A stretch of DNA of 64,000 nt from Spirochaetia bacterium (GTDB lineage: Bacteria > Spirochaetota > Spirochaetia > SZUA-6 > Bin103): NCBI GenBank assembly GCA_965198005.1, contig CBDAOI010000004.1, positions 2,304,001 through 2,368,000 of the forward strand. The letters are read 5' to 3'. The notes below the pieces were generated by a model. That model was not told the DNA's origin. It made no database searches and saw only the letters and a program-made list of their open reading frames with translations. The translations under genes and the position numbers were made by a program. The stretch's first letter is position 1. Every line of letters starts with the position of its first letter. Shown piece by piece: positions 32,026 to 43,409 of the stretch.

Positions 32026-32127
32026 GTCACCGCCAGCCGGTCACTGCGCTGGCTGTCATCATGGCGCTTCATCGGCATCCGTCGAACCGTGAGCTGGTAG
32101 TATGGGGCCCGGCCCAAGAAACGTCAA
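32025..32127 (-). repeat. 5' part of the SBP-leader family (promoter TTGACG-N17-CATACT plus uORF1 start MPMKRHDDSQRSDRLAVT)
   Basis: Close match to 46909-47010; truncated onto the TPP-enzyme fragment. Confidence 0.75.
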
Positions 32128-32190
32128 CAGCGATTTTGGCCTCGTGCACCTTGCCACGCCCGGCTGTGCAAACGGTTGATGTTGCGCGCG

Positions 32191-33948
32191 TCACCGCCGC
32201 ACGGCATCGCAGAACACCATCTCCCAGCCGTGAAACACCACGATCAGGCCGATGAAACGTACCCCCGGAAACTGCCGCGCCAGCCGCTCCTCCGCCAGAT
32301 ACCGCTCGAGCTGCGCCGCCGCCTCTCCGGCCGCCGCCGCCACGGCGGCCTCGTCCGCCGACTCGCTGCGCTTCAGGTACTTGAGCTCGATCAGATAGCC
32401 GCGCTGCAGGTTCGGGTAGCGCGCCACCAGCGGTTCCAGGCAGATGTCCGCGTGGCCCTTCCCCAGCTCCGCCTCCGAGCGGAACACGTAATGATCGGCC
32501 ACGCTCAGATAGGCGGCGAGGAACCCCTGAATGACTTTCTCCCCGCTGATGTAGTCGCGGATCCCCGTCTGCCGCGCGATCGCCTCGCTCAGAAACTCGA
32601 ACGCCGGCCGCCACTCGCCTTCGGTGGCCATCCGCAGCATCAGTTGCTCGAACCGGAACAGGTTTACTGAAAACACCTCCACGTCGCGGTAGCCATCGCG
32701 CAGGAAGCCGTACATCAGCCGCTTCACGGTCTGGTTCGGAATCGCCAGCCGGGGCACCCGCTCCACCACGTCGCGGATGCTCAGTAACCCAAAAAAGTGC
32801 AGCAGCGAGAGAAAGTTCTCCGGCTTGGTGAGGTCCTTCAGCGGAAAGCCGGGCTGGATGCGGGTGTCCACCTGCTCCTCGCCAATCACGTCCCGCAGCA
32901 GGTCGAAGTTGCCGTTGAGCTGCCGGCCGGTCACCAGCAGGTGGCGCAGCTTGCCGTAGTCGATGCGCACGTTGGTGTCGATCAGGTAGGTCGGCACGTC
33001 TCGATTCGGAATGGAATGCTTCAGGTAGTAGAGCACCATGTCGGTGTTGTACAGATCGGTCTCGGCTTCCTCGGAGAAGCGGTAGCCGTTGTACCACTGG
33101 CCCATGATGCCCATGGCGGTCCCGACCTCCTGATTGAACACGCCCAGGCCGCGGTAGGTCTCGACCAGGTGCCGGACCTCCGACTCGGTGAAGCCGACCA
33201 TCTCGTTGAAGTCCTGCTCCAGGCTGATGTTGGTGCCGATGTTGAAGCCGCTGGTCACGTCGTCCATGGTGACCGGCGACACGCCGGTGATGAACAGCCG
33301 CTCAAGACCGCCGCCGCTGCGGTCCGCGCCGCCCTTGAGGGTGGCGAAGAAGTTGCGATAGAAGCCGCCGCCATGGGTGAAGGAGTGGTAGGCCTCCGCG
33401 CCGTCGTACGCCAACACCGTGTTGGCGAAGTTGTCGTACTCGTCGATCAGCACGTACAGCGGGATGTCGTGGTCGCCGGCGTACACGAACAGCTCGGACA
33501 GCTTCCCGGCGATCGAGGGCGGCGCCAGGATGTCGCGCACCGCCGCTGCGGGAAACAGGTCGGGATGGCGCCGCAGCCTACCCCGCAGCTCGGTGAGGCA
33601 GTAGGTCTCGAACTCCCGCTCCAGGGTCTCCAGCTTGTCGTTGACCATCGAGAAGTTGAAGCGCAGGGTGACGTAGCGGCTTTGGTCCCCGGTCGGGTCC
33701 TGCCCGATGTCGGTGCCGGCGAAGGTGGCCTCGAAGCCGTCGGCCCAGAAGCGGTCGTAGTAGTTTTCGAGCAGGGAGATCCACAGCGACTTGCCGAAGC
33801 GGCGCGGGCGGATCAGAAAGGCGTAGCGCTCCTCCCCCAGCCGCCGCAGGAAGCGGGTCTTGTCGACGTACAGCCACCGGTTCAAGCGGATGCGCCTGAA
33901 GTCGGCCTCGCCGTAGGGAATGCGCGGGTGGGCGGGTGGCGTGCTCAC
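32191..33948 (-). CDS. AAA-ATPase-like + PD-(D/E)XK nuclease protein (DUF1703/PDDEXK_9 type)
   Basis: IPYGEADF, YVDKT, RPRRFGKS, LIDEYD, WYNGYRF, GHADI...LIELKY. Confidence 0.92.
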   Translation of the reverse strand: MSTPPAHPRIPYGEADFRRIRLNRWLYVDKTRFLRRLGEERYAFLIRPRRFGKSLWISLLENYYDRFWADGFEATFAGTDIGQDPTGDQSRYVTLRFNFSMVNDKLETLEREFETYCLTELRGRLRRHPDLFPAAAVRDILAPPSIAGKLSELFVYAGDHDIPLYVLIDEYDNFANTVLAYDGAEAYHSFTHGGGFYRNFFATLKGGADRSGGGLERLFITGVSPVTMDDVTSGFNIGTNISLEQDFNEMVGFTESEVRHLVETYRGLGVFNQEVGTAMGIMGQWYNGYRFSEEAETDLYNTDMVLYYLKHSIPNRDVPTYLIDTNVRIDYGKLRHLLVTGRQLNGNFDLLRDVIGEEQVDTRIQPGFPLKDLTKPENFLSLLHFFGLLSIRDVVERVPRLAIPNQTVKRLMYGFLRDGYRDVEVFSVNLFRFEQLMLRMATEGEWRPAFEFLSEAIARQTGIRDYISGEKVIQGFLAAYLSVADHYVFRSEAELGKGHADICLEPLVARYPNLQRGYLIELKYLKRSESADEAAVAAAAGEAAAQLERYLAEERLARQFPGVRFIGLIVVFHGWEMVFCDAVRR

Positions 33949-34069
33949 GACCGTAGCCTGACTCTATCGCTTCCGAGACGCGCGAGGCAATCGACTGACG
34001 ATCGGGATCCGCTTCCCGTTCTCGTCGGTGACGAACACCGGCTGGACGCGTCTTGCACGGCTTCCACCT

Positions 34070-34303
34070 TGAGAGGCGGTGGGAGTGCTGGGACGTGTCG
34101 TCTCGCATCACCGTGCCCATGAGAATGTTCAACAGGTGGGGACGCGAACCTGACGCGAACCTCAAGCTGACGCGCGCGAGGTTGCCCGGCTGGAGGGGGT
34201 GGGAGCGACAAGGCGCTGCTCCAGGGCCGTCATTCGCCGGTAATTGGCGCTCCAGTCTGCCGCGGCGCGTCCCCTCTGTGTTGAACGTGCGCACGGTCAC
34301 CAT
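34070..34303 (-). pseudogene. mixed remnants: AAA ATPase start MVTVRTFNTEG (34272-34303) and uORF1-like MRDDTSQHSHRL (34073-34108)
   Basis: Matches the starts of the ATPases at 7150 and 56530, and the leader copies at 37546 and 42812. Confidence 0.5.
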
Positions 34304-34369
34304 GGGCGCATTGTCGCAGAACAATAGACGCGGCTGTCATCCGCGGGTCAACACCCGATTACGCTACGC

Positions 34370-34807
34370 TCACTTCTTCGGCGCTCCGTAGCGCCCGCCA
34401 CCGCCGCGCAGCCGGGGGTCGAGCAGATCGGCATCGACAAACCGCTGCACCGCCAGGTCCACTTTGCCCCCCAGGAATCCGGAGGTGCCGCCAATCAGGA
34501 CGGCGACGATCACATTGAGTGCAGTTGCTGCCAGACCGACGGTCAGGGAGATCTGGGCTCCATAGAGAATGCGGCTCAACAGGTCTCGCCCCAGGTGGTC
34601 GGTCCCCAGGAGATACCGGGCAGACGGGGCCTGCATGATGTGTGCCAGGTGTATTTCCGAATAGGGATAAGGAGTCAGACGGTCGGCAAAGATCGCGACG
34701 AGAATCAAGATCAGGACGAGAATCCCGCAGCCCGTGCCCAAGGGCTTCTCCTGCCACAGCCGGATGAAGAAATCAGCCAGCCAGCCCCGTCGCCTGGGTT
34801 CACCCAT
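34370..34807 (-). pseudogene. DppC-type permease with in-frame internal deletion
   Basis: AVQRFVDA joined directly to DLLDPRLRG; about 150 aa missing relative to 38412-39302. Confidence 0.85.
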
Positions 34808-35756
34808 ACCTAACCCTCGGGTCCAAATAGGGATAGATCAGGTCGATGAGGAGATTGAGCAGCACCACCCCGGTGGCAAAGAACAGGTTGGCTCCCTGGA
34901 CCACCGGGTAGTCACGGCTCTGCAGGGCATCGAGCATGAGACGGCCGAGTCCCGGCAGGGCAAAGATGTTCTCCATGATCACGGCGCCCCCGACCAGGAT
35001 CGGCAACTGCAGGCCAATCAGGGTCACCACCGGGATGAGGGCATTCTTGAGGGTATGCCGGACAATCACGACCCGCTCTTTGAGCCCCTTGGACCAGGCG
35101 GTGCGGATGTAGTCCTGCCGCAGCACCTCCAGCGTCATGGTGCGCATCATCCGCATGGTGGCAGCCGCGGAAGCCGTCCCCAGAATCAGGCTGGGGATCA
35201 AGAACCCGCCGAGATTTCCCAGCGGGTCTTCGGTGAAAGGAATGTATTCCAGCGGTGGGGTCCAGCCCCACCAGATGGTCGGATAGATCAATACCATGAT
35301 GGCCAGCCAGAAGTTCGGCGTGGCCAGGCCGATGATGGCGACCGAGCGTCCCAGGTAGTCGGCGGCGGTATCCTGGCGCATCGCCGAGTAGATGCCCACC
35401 GGCAGCGCGATCACGAGCCCGATGAGGATGGCCAGCAGGCCAAGCTCAATGGTGACTGGCAATCTGGAGAGTATCTCCTCCTCTACCGTCCAGTCGCGCC
35501 ACAGGGACTGGCCCAGGGTGCCGTGTAGGAAGATCTCCCCGATCCAGCGTCCATACTGCACGTACACAGGCACGTCCAATCCCAGCCGATGCTCGAGCGT
35601 TTCACGGTCTATCTCGACCCCGAAAGATCGCAGCTGAGCCGACATGGCGTCTATGACGTCGCCGGGGATGAAGCGGACCGTGAGAAAGACCAGGAGGCTC
35701 AGGAGAAACAGGGTGGGGATGACCAGCAACAAACGCCTGATGATATACGGTCTCAC
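34800..35756 (-). CDS. peptide/nickel ABC permease (DppB/OppB type)
   Basis: IPGD, LGLDVPVYVQYGRW, QDYIRTAWSKGL, KNALIPV, DPRVRY. Confidence 0.93.
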   Translation of the reverse strand: MRPYIIRRLLLVIPTLFLLSLLVFLTVRFIPGDVIDAMSAQLRSFGVEIDRETLEHRLGLDVPVYVQYGRWIGEIFLHGTLGQSLWRDWTVEEEILSRLPVTIELGLLAILIGLVIALPVGIYSAMRQDTAADYLGRSVAIIGLATPNFWLAIMVLIYPTIWWGWTPPLEYIPFTEDPLGNLGGFLIPSLILGTASAAATMRMMRTMTLEVLRQDYIRTAWSKGLKERVVIVRHTLKNALIPVVTLIGLQLPILVGGAVIMENIFALPGLGRLMLDALQSRDYPVVQGANLFFATGVVLLNLLIDLIYPYLDPRVRYG

Positions 35757-35782
35757 TGGAACACCTTATTCAATGAGTGAGA

Positions 35783-35815
35783 GCTGGGAGCGCGCTCGGA
35801 AGCCGCGCTCCCAGC
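35783..35815. other. intercistronic stem-loop between SBP and dppB
   Basis: 12-bp perfect stem GCTGGGAGCGCG/CGCGCTCCCAGC; related sequence at 40337-40373, and a 9-bp stem at 25163-25199 in the same position. Confidence 0.7.
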
Positions 35816-35823
35816 CCGTTTTT

Positions 35824-37345
35824 TCAGCCTCCCATCTCTTGCTTCAGATCACTATCAATCCAGATGCGGGCGAAGATGGCCGCTGCGCGAGCCAGTCCCA
35901 GTTCGACTTCGCCGTTATAACCTTTGATCCATGGCTGGGCTGCATTAAACAATGGAACTTTAGGACCCCATATGTACCACTGCTGCTCGATCATGTACAT
36001 ATCTGCCTCTCTAACCAGCCTCTTCTGCTCCTCAGGGGTAGTCGCGGTTTCGGCGGCTTCTACCTTGGCGTCCATCACAGGGTCCTGATGTCCATTGCGG
36101 TTCGCAGCATCTCTCGAGTGAATATGGACCAATAGGGGGAGGGGCGACGAGTCATATCCGAGATCCATAGAAATCATCCCTTCATAAGTACCTTCCGTCA
36201 TTAGCCCCGCCCACGGAGTTTCATCATGTACCTGAATCTCCACATCTACACCAATCGCTTTCCAGTATTCGACGGCTATTTCCTGATAGCCTACGTCGAA
36301 TCGCTGCAAGTGGTTCAGGACGGTCTTGAATCGAATGCCATCCGCGCCGCGCGGATACCCCGCCTCATCCAGCAGCTTCTCCGCCCCTTGCGGGTCATAC
36401 CGATAGCCTTGCTTGACCGCCTCGGGCCATTCTTCAAAGGGGACATAAAACCCCGTCAGACTATCCCCGATTCTCCCCTGGGGTTGCCACTTGGCAAAAC
36501 CCTTATAGTAGGTATTGTTGATGGTCTCCAGGTCAATGGCCATCTGCATGGCTTTGCGCACCCGGATGTCGTTGAAGAGCGACTGGTTGCGCAGGTTGAA
36601 ACCAACAGAGGTCTCCGAGCGGAAGTACCACGGGTACAACGTGATCTCGGGGTTGCTCCGTTGGAGGCTCTCTACCTGGCCGATATCCCCCAATTGAGTG
36701 TCGCCGGCTAAACCTGTGATATCATGCTTACCTGAGCGAAACGCCGCCAGCCATGTCGCTTGTTCGGGCATGATCACTCGCCTCAGCTGGTCAATATAGG
36801 GCAAGCGGTTCTGTGGGTATTTTTCGTCGGTGCCCCAGTAGTCCGGATTCTTGGTATAGGTCAGAGAGCTGCCCTTGACCCAGTCCGTCAGCATATAGGG
36901 CCCGGTGCCGACCAGGTTCCTCCAATCGTGCACGTTGCCATGCTGCTCGATCACCTCGGGGGGCATAATGAAATGAAACCAGTGGGAGACGATCGTCTCA
37001 AGCGCGTCGTTGCGTGGCGCCTTCAGCTTGAAAACAACCGTGGAATCGTCGATGGCCGTAATCGATTCCCAGGTCGCGGCATTCATCGGGTCGAAGGGGC
37101 TAGGTTCGGTGAAGCCGCTGCCCAGACCCGTATAGCGGTTAAAGTTATATTCTACATCCTGGGCGGTCAGCTCCCGACCGTTCATCGGCGGCTTATTATG
37201 CCAGCGAACGCCCGGGCGGATGTTGATAACGATCGTAGTGGCGTCAGGCGTTTCCCAGCTTTCCGCCAGATTCGGTCTCATGGCAGAAAACGGGACGTAC
37301 CTGCTTCCGAAGCCAAATTCATCCCTGTCTATTCCCCAGTTGCCG
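35824..37345 (-). pseudogene. family 5 SBP 2, 5'-truncated (no signal peptide)
   Basis: In-frame GNWGIDRDE upstream of the first ATG; LAESW, GTGPY, RLPYID, DIRVRKAMQMA; joined directly to the leader G-tract at 37360. Confidence 0.85.
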
Positions 37346-37357
37346 ACTTTCTAATCT

Positions 37358-37647
37358 CTAAAGGGTACAGGAGGGGGTAGCAGGGCGCACCGGCTGCGTC
37401 ACCGCTCGGGGCTTGACGGCATCACCGGCGAGGTTCGAGCCTATCGGTGGGATGGGCCACCCGCTGCACGACCCTGCGGGGCGGCGCCTCGGGCGTCGGT
37501 CTTGGCCCAACCGGTGGCAGCGCTGGGTAGTGTCGTCACGCACCATCCGCAGGGTAACACCCGCGTGGCATACAGTCAAATGGCTGGAATTCCCCATTCG
37601 TCCGAGTCTCAAGTCGTCACTACACCACAGCGCTCGACACCGGTCAA
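37358..37647 (-). repeat. SBP-leader family, 5' half (promoter TTGACC-N17-TGTAGT plus long-form uORF1 37358-37546)
   Basis: Homologous to 42600-42800 (GGTGGGATGGGCCACCCGC...GGGCGGCGCCTCGGGCGTCGGTC...CCAACCGGTGGCAGCGCTG). Confidence 0.7.
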
Positions 37648-37662
37648 GGACGCCATACGGCG

Positions 37663-38316
37663 TTAACCCGCCGCCACAGTTCGACGCCCAAACGTGCGCG
37701 GCCGGAAGTCCTTCCGGTTGGTGATGCTGGCGCTGCTACCGGTGGCCCGGATTACGTACAGCCCCTGCCCCTCCGCATAGCTAGCCGACGATTCGTCCGC
37801 TTTCAGATACGCTACCGCTCCGTAGATCCGCTGGCTGCCATATTCCGGCGCCAGCTCCGGGAAGTCCCGTAACAGTTCCAGCAGGTGGTCGACGTGCCGC
37901 ACCTTCAGCGTGGTCTTTACTTCCACCACCACCACCTCGGCACCGTTGACGGCGAGAATGTCGATCTCCCACTGGCGCGCGCCCCCGCGCTGCTTCAGGT
38001 TGGTAACCGTGCGCTCGACTTCGATGCCGCGCCGTTTGAGCAGTTCGATGAGATCGCCCTCCACCAAGGCTTCCATCAGTTTGCCCCACTGACCGGTGAA
38101 CAGGTCATCGAGCTTGCGTATGCGGCGGTCGGTCTCCCGCGCTTGTCGCTTCAGCAGTTGATCAGTCTCCTGCATGCGGCGGTCAGTGTCCTGCATGCGG
38201 CGGTCGGTCTCCTGCATGCGGCGGTCAGTCTCTGTCTGGCTCTCGGACAGCTCGCGCAGGATATTCCATACTTCCTGTGGGGTTGCCGATTCTCGGTTCC
38301 CATCGTGATCAGCCAT
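37663..38316 (-). CDS. coiled-coil + PD-(D/E)XK nuclease-like protein (DUF3782-like) with ETDRRMQ heptad repeats
   Basis: 21-nt tandem repeats about 38165-38232; QWGKLMEALV, EIDILAVNG..VVVEVK. Confidence 0.8.
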   Translation of the reverse strand: MADHDGNRESATPQEVWNILRELSESQTETDRRMQETDRRMQDTDRRMQETDQLLKRQARETDRRIRKLDDLFTGQWGKLMEALVEGDLIELLKRRGIEVERTVTNLKQRGGARQWEIDILAVNGAEVVVVEVKTTLKVRHVDHLLELLRDFPELAPEYGSQRIYGAVAYLKADESSASYAEGQGLYVIRATGSSASITNRKDFRPRTFGRRTVAAG

Positions 38317-38411
38317 GGCTACGCTTCCGCGATCAACTTAGCAGTTCCGGTGCAGACCGGCAATTGCCCGCAGGGAGCACCCGGGTGCCGCCGCACTGCC
38401 GGGCTCGACCC

Positions 38412-39302
38412 TTACGCGGCGTCGCCGGCGCCGAGACGGCCGCCGCTGCCGCGCAGGCGCGGGTCGAGCAAATCGCGCATCGCATCGCCCAACATGTTGA
38501 AACTGTACACCACGATCGTCAGACACAGCCCGGGCCACAGCGCCAGCCACGGCGCCTGCTCCATGAACCGCCGCCCCTCCCGGCTCAGCATGCCGCCCCA
38601 GCTCGGAACCTTGATCGGCAGCCCGAAGCCCAGGAAGCTCAACGACGCCTCGGCCAGAATGACGCCGCCGACGTTGATGCTGAAGACGATGATCAGCGGC
38701 GCCACGATATTGGGCAGGACATGGCGCACCAGGACCTGTCGCGTCGGCGCGCCCACCGCCCGGGCGGCCAGAAAAAAATCGTTCCCCTTGGTGGCCACCA
38801 CCGCGCCTCTGACCACGCGCGAGCCGCCCACCCCGCCGGCGATCCCCAGCACCACGATGATCTGCGGCAGACCCTGCCCTGCGACCGACATGATCGTGAG
38901 CAGCAGCAGCAGACCCGGGAACGCCATCCAGGCATCGACGAAGCGCTGCACCGCCAGGTCCAGCTTGCCCCCGAGGAATCCGGACGTGCCGCCGATCAGG
39001 GTAGCGACCACCACGTTCAGCGTCGTCGCCGCCAGGCCAACGACCAACGAAATGCGCGCCCCGAACAGCAGCCGGCTCAACAGGTCGCGGCCCAACTGGT
39101 CGGTCCCCAGCAGATGGCGGGCCGACGGGCCCTGCAGCCGGTCCGCCAGGTTCAGCTGATCGAACGGATAGGGGGCCAAAGCATCGGCAAAGATCGCCAA
39201 CAGAATCAGGATCAAGATGACGATCCCGCTGGCGATGCCCAGCGGCTTCTGCCGCCACAACCTGCCGAAGAAATCGGCAAACGGCCCGCGCGCGTCAGTC
39301 AT
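38412..39302 (-). CDS. peptide/nickel ABC permease (DppC type)
   Basis: HLLGTDQLGRD, RHVLPN, SWGGML, GDAMRDLLDPR. Confidence 0.93.
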   Translation of the reverse strand: MTDARGPFADFFGRLWRQKPLGIASGIVILILILLAIFADALAPYPFDQLNLADRLQGPSARHLLGTDQLGRDLLSRLLFGARISLVVGLAATTLNVVVATLIGGTSGFLGGKLDLAVQRFVDAWMAFPGLLLLLTIMSVAGQGLPQIIVVLGIAGGVGGSRVVRGAVVATKGNDFFLAARAVGAPTRQVLVRHVLPNIVAPLIIVFSINVGGVILAEASLSFLGFGLPIKVPSWGGMLSREGRRFMEQAPWLALWPGLCLTIVVYSFNMLGDAMRDLLDPRLRGSGGRLGAGDAA

Positions 39303-40254
39303 ACCGCACCCTCGGATCCAGCCAGGAATAGAGCAGGTCGATCAGGAGATTGAACAGCACCACCGCCGCCGCGAAGGACAGGTTGACCCCGGAGACCACC
39401 GGGTAGTCTCGATCCTCCAGCGCAGTCAGCATGAGACGACCCAATCCCGGCAGGTTGAAGATGTTCTCCATGATGACCGAGCCACCTATCAGAATCGGCA
39501 ACTGCAGACCGATCAGGGTCACCACCGGGATCAGGGCATTCTTGACAGCATGCCGCAGCACCACGACCCGCTCCCGGAGCCCCTTGGCCCAGGCCGTCCT
39601 GATAAAATCCTGGCGCAGCACCTCCAGCATCATGGTGCGCGTCATGCGCATGGTGGCGGCGGCCAGAGCCGTGCCCAGAATCAGGCTGGGGAGGATGAAC
39701 ACCCCCAGATTCCCGAGCGGGTCTTCGCTGAAAGGAACCCAATTCATCGGCGGCGACCACGCCCACCAGAGTGACGGGTACAGCACGACCATGGTTGCCA
39801 GCCAGAAGTTGGGCGTGGCCAGACCGAGGATGGCGACCGACCGCCCCACGTAGTCGGCGGCCGTATCCTGGCGCATCGCCGAGTAGATGCCGACCGGCAG
39901 CGCTATCACCAGCCCGATGAGAATTGCCAGCACACCGAGCTCGATGGTTACCGGCAGCCGGTCGATTATCTTCTCCTCCACCGCTCCACGGCTGCCAAAC
40001 AGTGAGTGGCCGAGGCTGCCGTGCTGGAGGATACCTCCGATCCAGCGTCCATACTGCACGTGGCCGGGCACGTCCAGACCGAGCATATGCTCAAGCGCTT
40101 CACGATCTATGTTCCCACTAATGAACTCCTGCTTACCCAACATCGCGTCGATGGCATCGCCGGGAAGGAAGCGCACCGAGAGAAAGACCAGGATGCTCAA
40201 GATGAACAGGGTCGGAACGATCAGCAGTAACCGCCGGATGACGTAGGCTTTCAT
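39295..40254 (-). CDS. peptide/nickel ABC permease (DppB type)
   Basis: LPGD, QDFIRTAWAKGL, KNALIPV, DPRVRY. Confidence 0.93.
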   Translation of the reverse strand: MKAYVIRRLLLIVPTLFILSILVFLSVRFLPGDAIDAMLGKQEFISGNIDREALEHMLGLDVPGHVQYGRWIGGILQHGSLGHSLFGSRGAVEEKIIDRLPVTIELGVLAILIGLVIALPVGIYSAMRQDTAADYVGRSVAILGLATPNFWLATMVVLYPSLWWAWSPPMNWVPFSEDPLGNLGVFILPSLILGTALAAATMRMTRTMMLEVLRQDFIRTAWAKGLRERVVVLRHAVKNALIPVVTLIGLQLPILIGGSVIMENIFNLPGLGRLMLTALEDRDYPVVSGVNLSFAAAVVLFNLLIDLLYSWLDPRVRYD

Positions 40255-40383
40255 GACAGACTCGCAGTGGTTGCCTGGTCGCTGCCGCTCCCTGGCAACG
40301 GCGGCCTGGGGTGGTGGACGTGCTTGGCAGTCGAGTGCTGGGGAGCGCGCTCGGAAGCGACAGCCTCCCCAGCTCGAAACCCG

Positions 40384-42173
40384 CTAGTACCCCATTTCTT
40401 TCTTCAGCGCACTATCGATCCAGAGGCGGGCAAACAGGGTATTCGATTCCACCCTGGACAAGGCCCCGTCCAGTTCACCGTTATAGCCGACGAGCCATGG
40501 CTGGGCCAAATAGAATGAAGGGGATTTTGGACCATATATCAGCCAGTGCCGCGACATCGCGTACCTATCTGCCTCGGCAATCAGCCGCTGCTGCTCCTCA
40601 GTCGTACGGGCTCCATTGACGGCGTCAACCCTGACATCCAGCTCAGGCCACTGGGATCCGCCGCGGTTCCACTGGTGATCCGTGTGATAATTGTTTGCCA
40701 TATAGACAGGGTTGAATTGGTTGGCCGCAATACCGCTGTACATGCCTTCCCCAGTACGCGAGAACATCCTCTCGTGATATTCGGCGTAGGTAAGAGCATC
40801 AATCTCGACCTCGACGCCAATTTCCCCCCAGTAGGCGACAGCTATTTCCGAATAGTCCAGGCTTGCCCAAGACCCGTAGTTCAGGGTGGTCTTGAATCTC
40901 GCACCGTCGGCGCCGCGCGGATAGCCAGCCTCGTCGAGCAGCTTTTCGGCAGCTTCCGGGTCATACCGGTAGTATTGCTTGACCTCTTCGTCCCACTCCT
41001 CGAAGGGGACGAAGAACCCGTTCACCCCTACCAGCCCGTGAGGTGTCGGATCTGCAAGTCCCTTCCAGTACGTGGCCGCGACGTTCTCGTTGTCCAGCCC
41101 CATCTGCATGGCGCGGCGCACGTTGATGTCGTTAAAGGGCGGCCTGCGATGGTCAGGAACAAAAGAAGACACCGACCGAAAAAAGACAGTGTGCGCCGTG
41201 ATCTCGGGGTTTGTCTTCCGGAGGCTGTCTATCGAGTCCAGAGAACTGGCCCCCGATCTGAAATCAAGCGTGCCTGAGCGCAGTGCTGCCAGAATCGATC
41301 CTTCCTCGGTCATAATCGCAATCTTCACCTCGTCGACGTAGGGCAGGCGGTTCTCGGGGTACTTTTCGTCATGGCCCCAGTAGTCGGGATTCTTGATATA
41401 GGTCACGCTGCTGTCCTCGACCACGTCCGTCAGCATGAAGGGGCCGGTGCCGACCAGGTTCCTCCAGTCCTGAAGGTCGCCATGCTGCTCGATGACCTCG
41501 GGCGGCAATATGAAAGCAGAGATCTCGACGAGCACAATCCGCATCGTATCGAGGTATGGCTCCTTCAGCTTCATTACAACCGTCGCATCGTCGGTGGCCG
41601 TTATCGATTCCCATGGCACGGCGATGAGATCGGCGGCGTTGGGTGCGGCGCTCGGGCCGGCGTCGGCGAAGCCGCCCATACCCAGCATGCGGTGGAAGTT
41701 GAATACTATGTCGTGGGCAGTGAGCTCCCGACCGTTCATCGGCGCCTTATCATGCCAGTGAACGCCCTTGCGAATGTGGAAGATATAGGTCGTGGTGTCA
41801 GGCTGTTCCCAGCTCTCCGCCAGCCGCCCTATCATGAGAGACGTGGGGAAGTAGAGCGTTTTCAGCTCCGATACGTCTCTATCTACTCCCCAGTTCACGA
41901 TACCGAGCTTCTCGGTGACTCCGCCTCCTGGGTTGGCCACATAGTTGAAATAGGGGTCATGCGTATTGGCTGCGGAACCGGGGCCCCCCAAAACGGTTAG
42001 TGTCCCGCGTACTCCGGCGCGGTCACCATCTTGCCGGTGGCCGGGTCGCGCACCATCTCTTTCTCCATCGCCGCGGCCGGCTCCTCTTCGGCGGCCGGGC
42101 TTGCCCACAGGCCGGTTGCGGTCAGTGCGAGACCACACAGGACGGCGAGTGAGGTGCGAACTACGAAATACAT
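40384..42173 (-). CDS. family 5 SBP 3, full length with a 1-nt frameshift near 42008
   Basis: ATG 42173 with AGGAG RBS gives MYFVVRTSLAVLCGLALTATGLWASPAAEEE...APEY; the rest is in the 40384 frame. Confidence 0.85.
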
Positions 42174-42863
42174 CAGATAACTCCTGTTGCTCGAGAGTAC
42201 TGATAATCGACTGCCGGCCCCTCGCCTACTCTCAAGCTATGCCCGCTTCAACGCCGGCGAGCACAAGCGAGGGCGACACCGTGGGTACCCAGGCGGCACG
42301 GCCGCTTGGGGACGAGTCCGTGAGCTAGCCATGGCTAGTCGTAGCCGGTCTTGGGTGCCATCCCATCCTCCTTTGACGTGCGCGCACCACCGGCCTCGGG
42401 ATCGCGCCGGGACCTGCGTCCCAGCGTCCACGCGGCTGGCGAGGCGAGTTGGATTGCCCGGCAACGCCGGGAGCGGAGTTGATGAACGGGTTGATGAGGC
42501 CTGGTGCGCCGGTCTCGGCGCTGAACGGACGCCCTGTAGGCGCCGGGTCGGTTAGCTGTGTTGGTGTTTCTCGGAGGTCCCGTGTACCAACGGTCCCGTG
42601 GGGGGGGGTACAGGGGGGGTAGGACGCGCCGGTTGCGTTGCCGCTAGGAGCTTGTCGGCTTCGCCGACGAGGTCCGAGCGTACCGGTGGGATGGGCCACC
42701 CGCTTCGCGGCCCTTCGGGGCGGCGCCTCGGGCGTCGGTCTGAGGCCACCAAGCGACGATGGGGCGCCAACCGGTGGCAGCGCTGAGTAGTGTCACTACG
42801 TGTCAGTTGCATCCTTTCAAACCCGTCGCGCTTACCATGGCACACCTGTGGCAAATACGTCAA
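42174..42863 (-). promoter_or_regulatory. SBP 5' leader, divergent copy (promoter TTGACG-N18-CATGGT, uORF1 42552-42812, AGGAGG-led uORF MAPKTGYD 42335-42361, GAGAGTA/TACTCTC stem)
   Basis: Shares the G-tract/CCGGTTGCGT block, the CGGTTAG block, the GATTGCCCGGCAACGCCGG block and the SBP-proximal stem. Confidence 0.6.
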
Positions 42864-43291
42864 TAGGGCGTGTAGGGCGTGGTGCCGTTTTGGTGCCGTG
42901 CCGGCGCGGCCGGCCCAGATCCGCGCCCCCCTTTCAGCAGTATCGCCGGCAGCCGCTGCAGTTGTTGCGAGCGAGGGTCCACCTCGAAACCGCCGGACTC
43001 CAGGGCGGTCACCCCAAGGAGCGGTTCCGCCTCCGCGTCTCCAAAGATGACCGTGCCGCCCACGGTCTTTCCCTCGAACTCGATCTGCGCAACCGTGGTG
43101 TCCATCGTGAGCGCCGTGCCGTCCGCGAGCACGTACTCATCATGAGACTTGGGCTCAAGACCAATCGCTTGCAGATGCCGGCGCGGCGCCAGCGAGTTGA
43201 AAGCGCCCGTATCCACCAGGAACCGTCCGGTCCAACTCTTCGCCGGTGCCGCGGGATTGCGGATCGTCACGTCCACGTACGTCGCTCCCAT
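42860..43291 (-). CDS. clan AA (retropepsin-like) aspartic protease
   Basis: [28 protein letters not shown]. Confidence 0.85.
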   Translation of the reverse strand: MGATYVDVTIRNPAAPAKSWTGRFLVDTGAFNSLAPRRHLQAIGLEPKSHDEYVLADGTALTMDTTVAQIEFEGKTVGGTVIFGDAEAEPLLGVTALESGGFEVDPRSQQLQRLPAILLKGGRGSGPAAPARHQNGTTPYTPY

Positions 43292-43409
43292 GGTTGTGCG
43301 ATTACCATAGTAGCGTAGGCGTGGCTGGTCAACCTGCACGTACGGCCGGCGCGATGCCGGTCGACGTGTGGGGCATGTGATTGCCGCGACCACCCTGCCG
43401 GTAAAGTCC

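Noticed and set aside
37358-37647. MITE/IS interpretation of the dispersed repeat
   Set aside because: No terminal inverted repeats or target duplications; copies share orientation and position relative to SBP genes and begin with a promoter.
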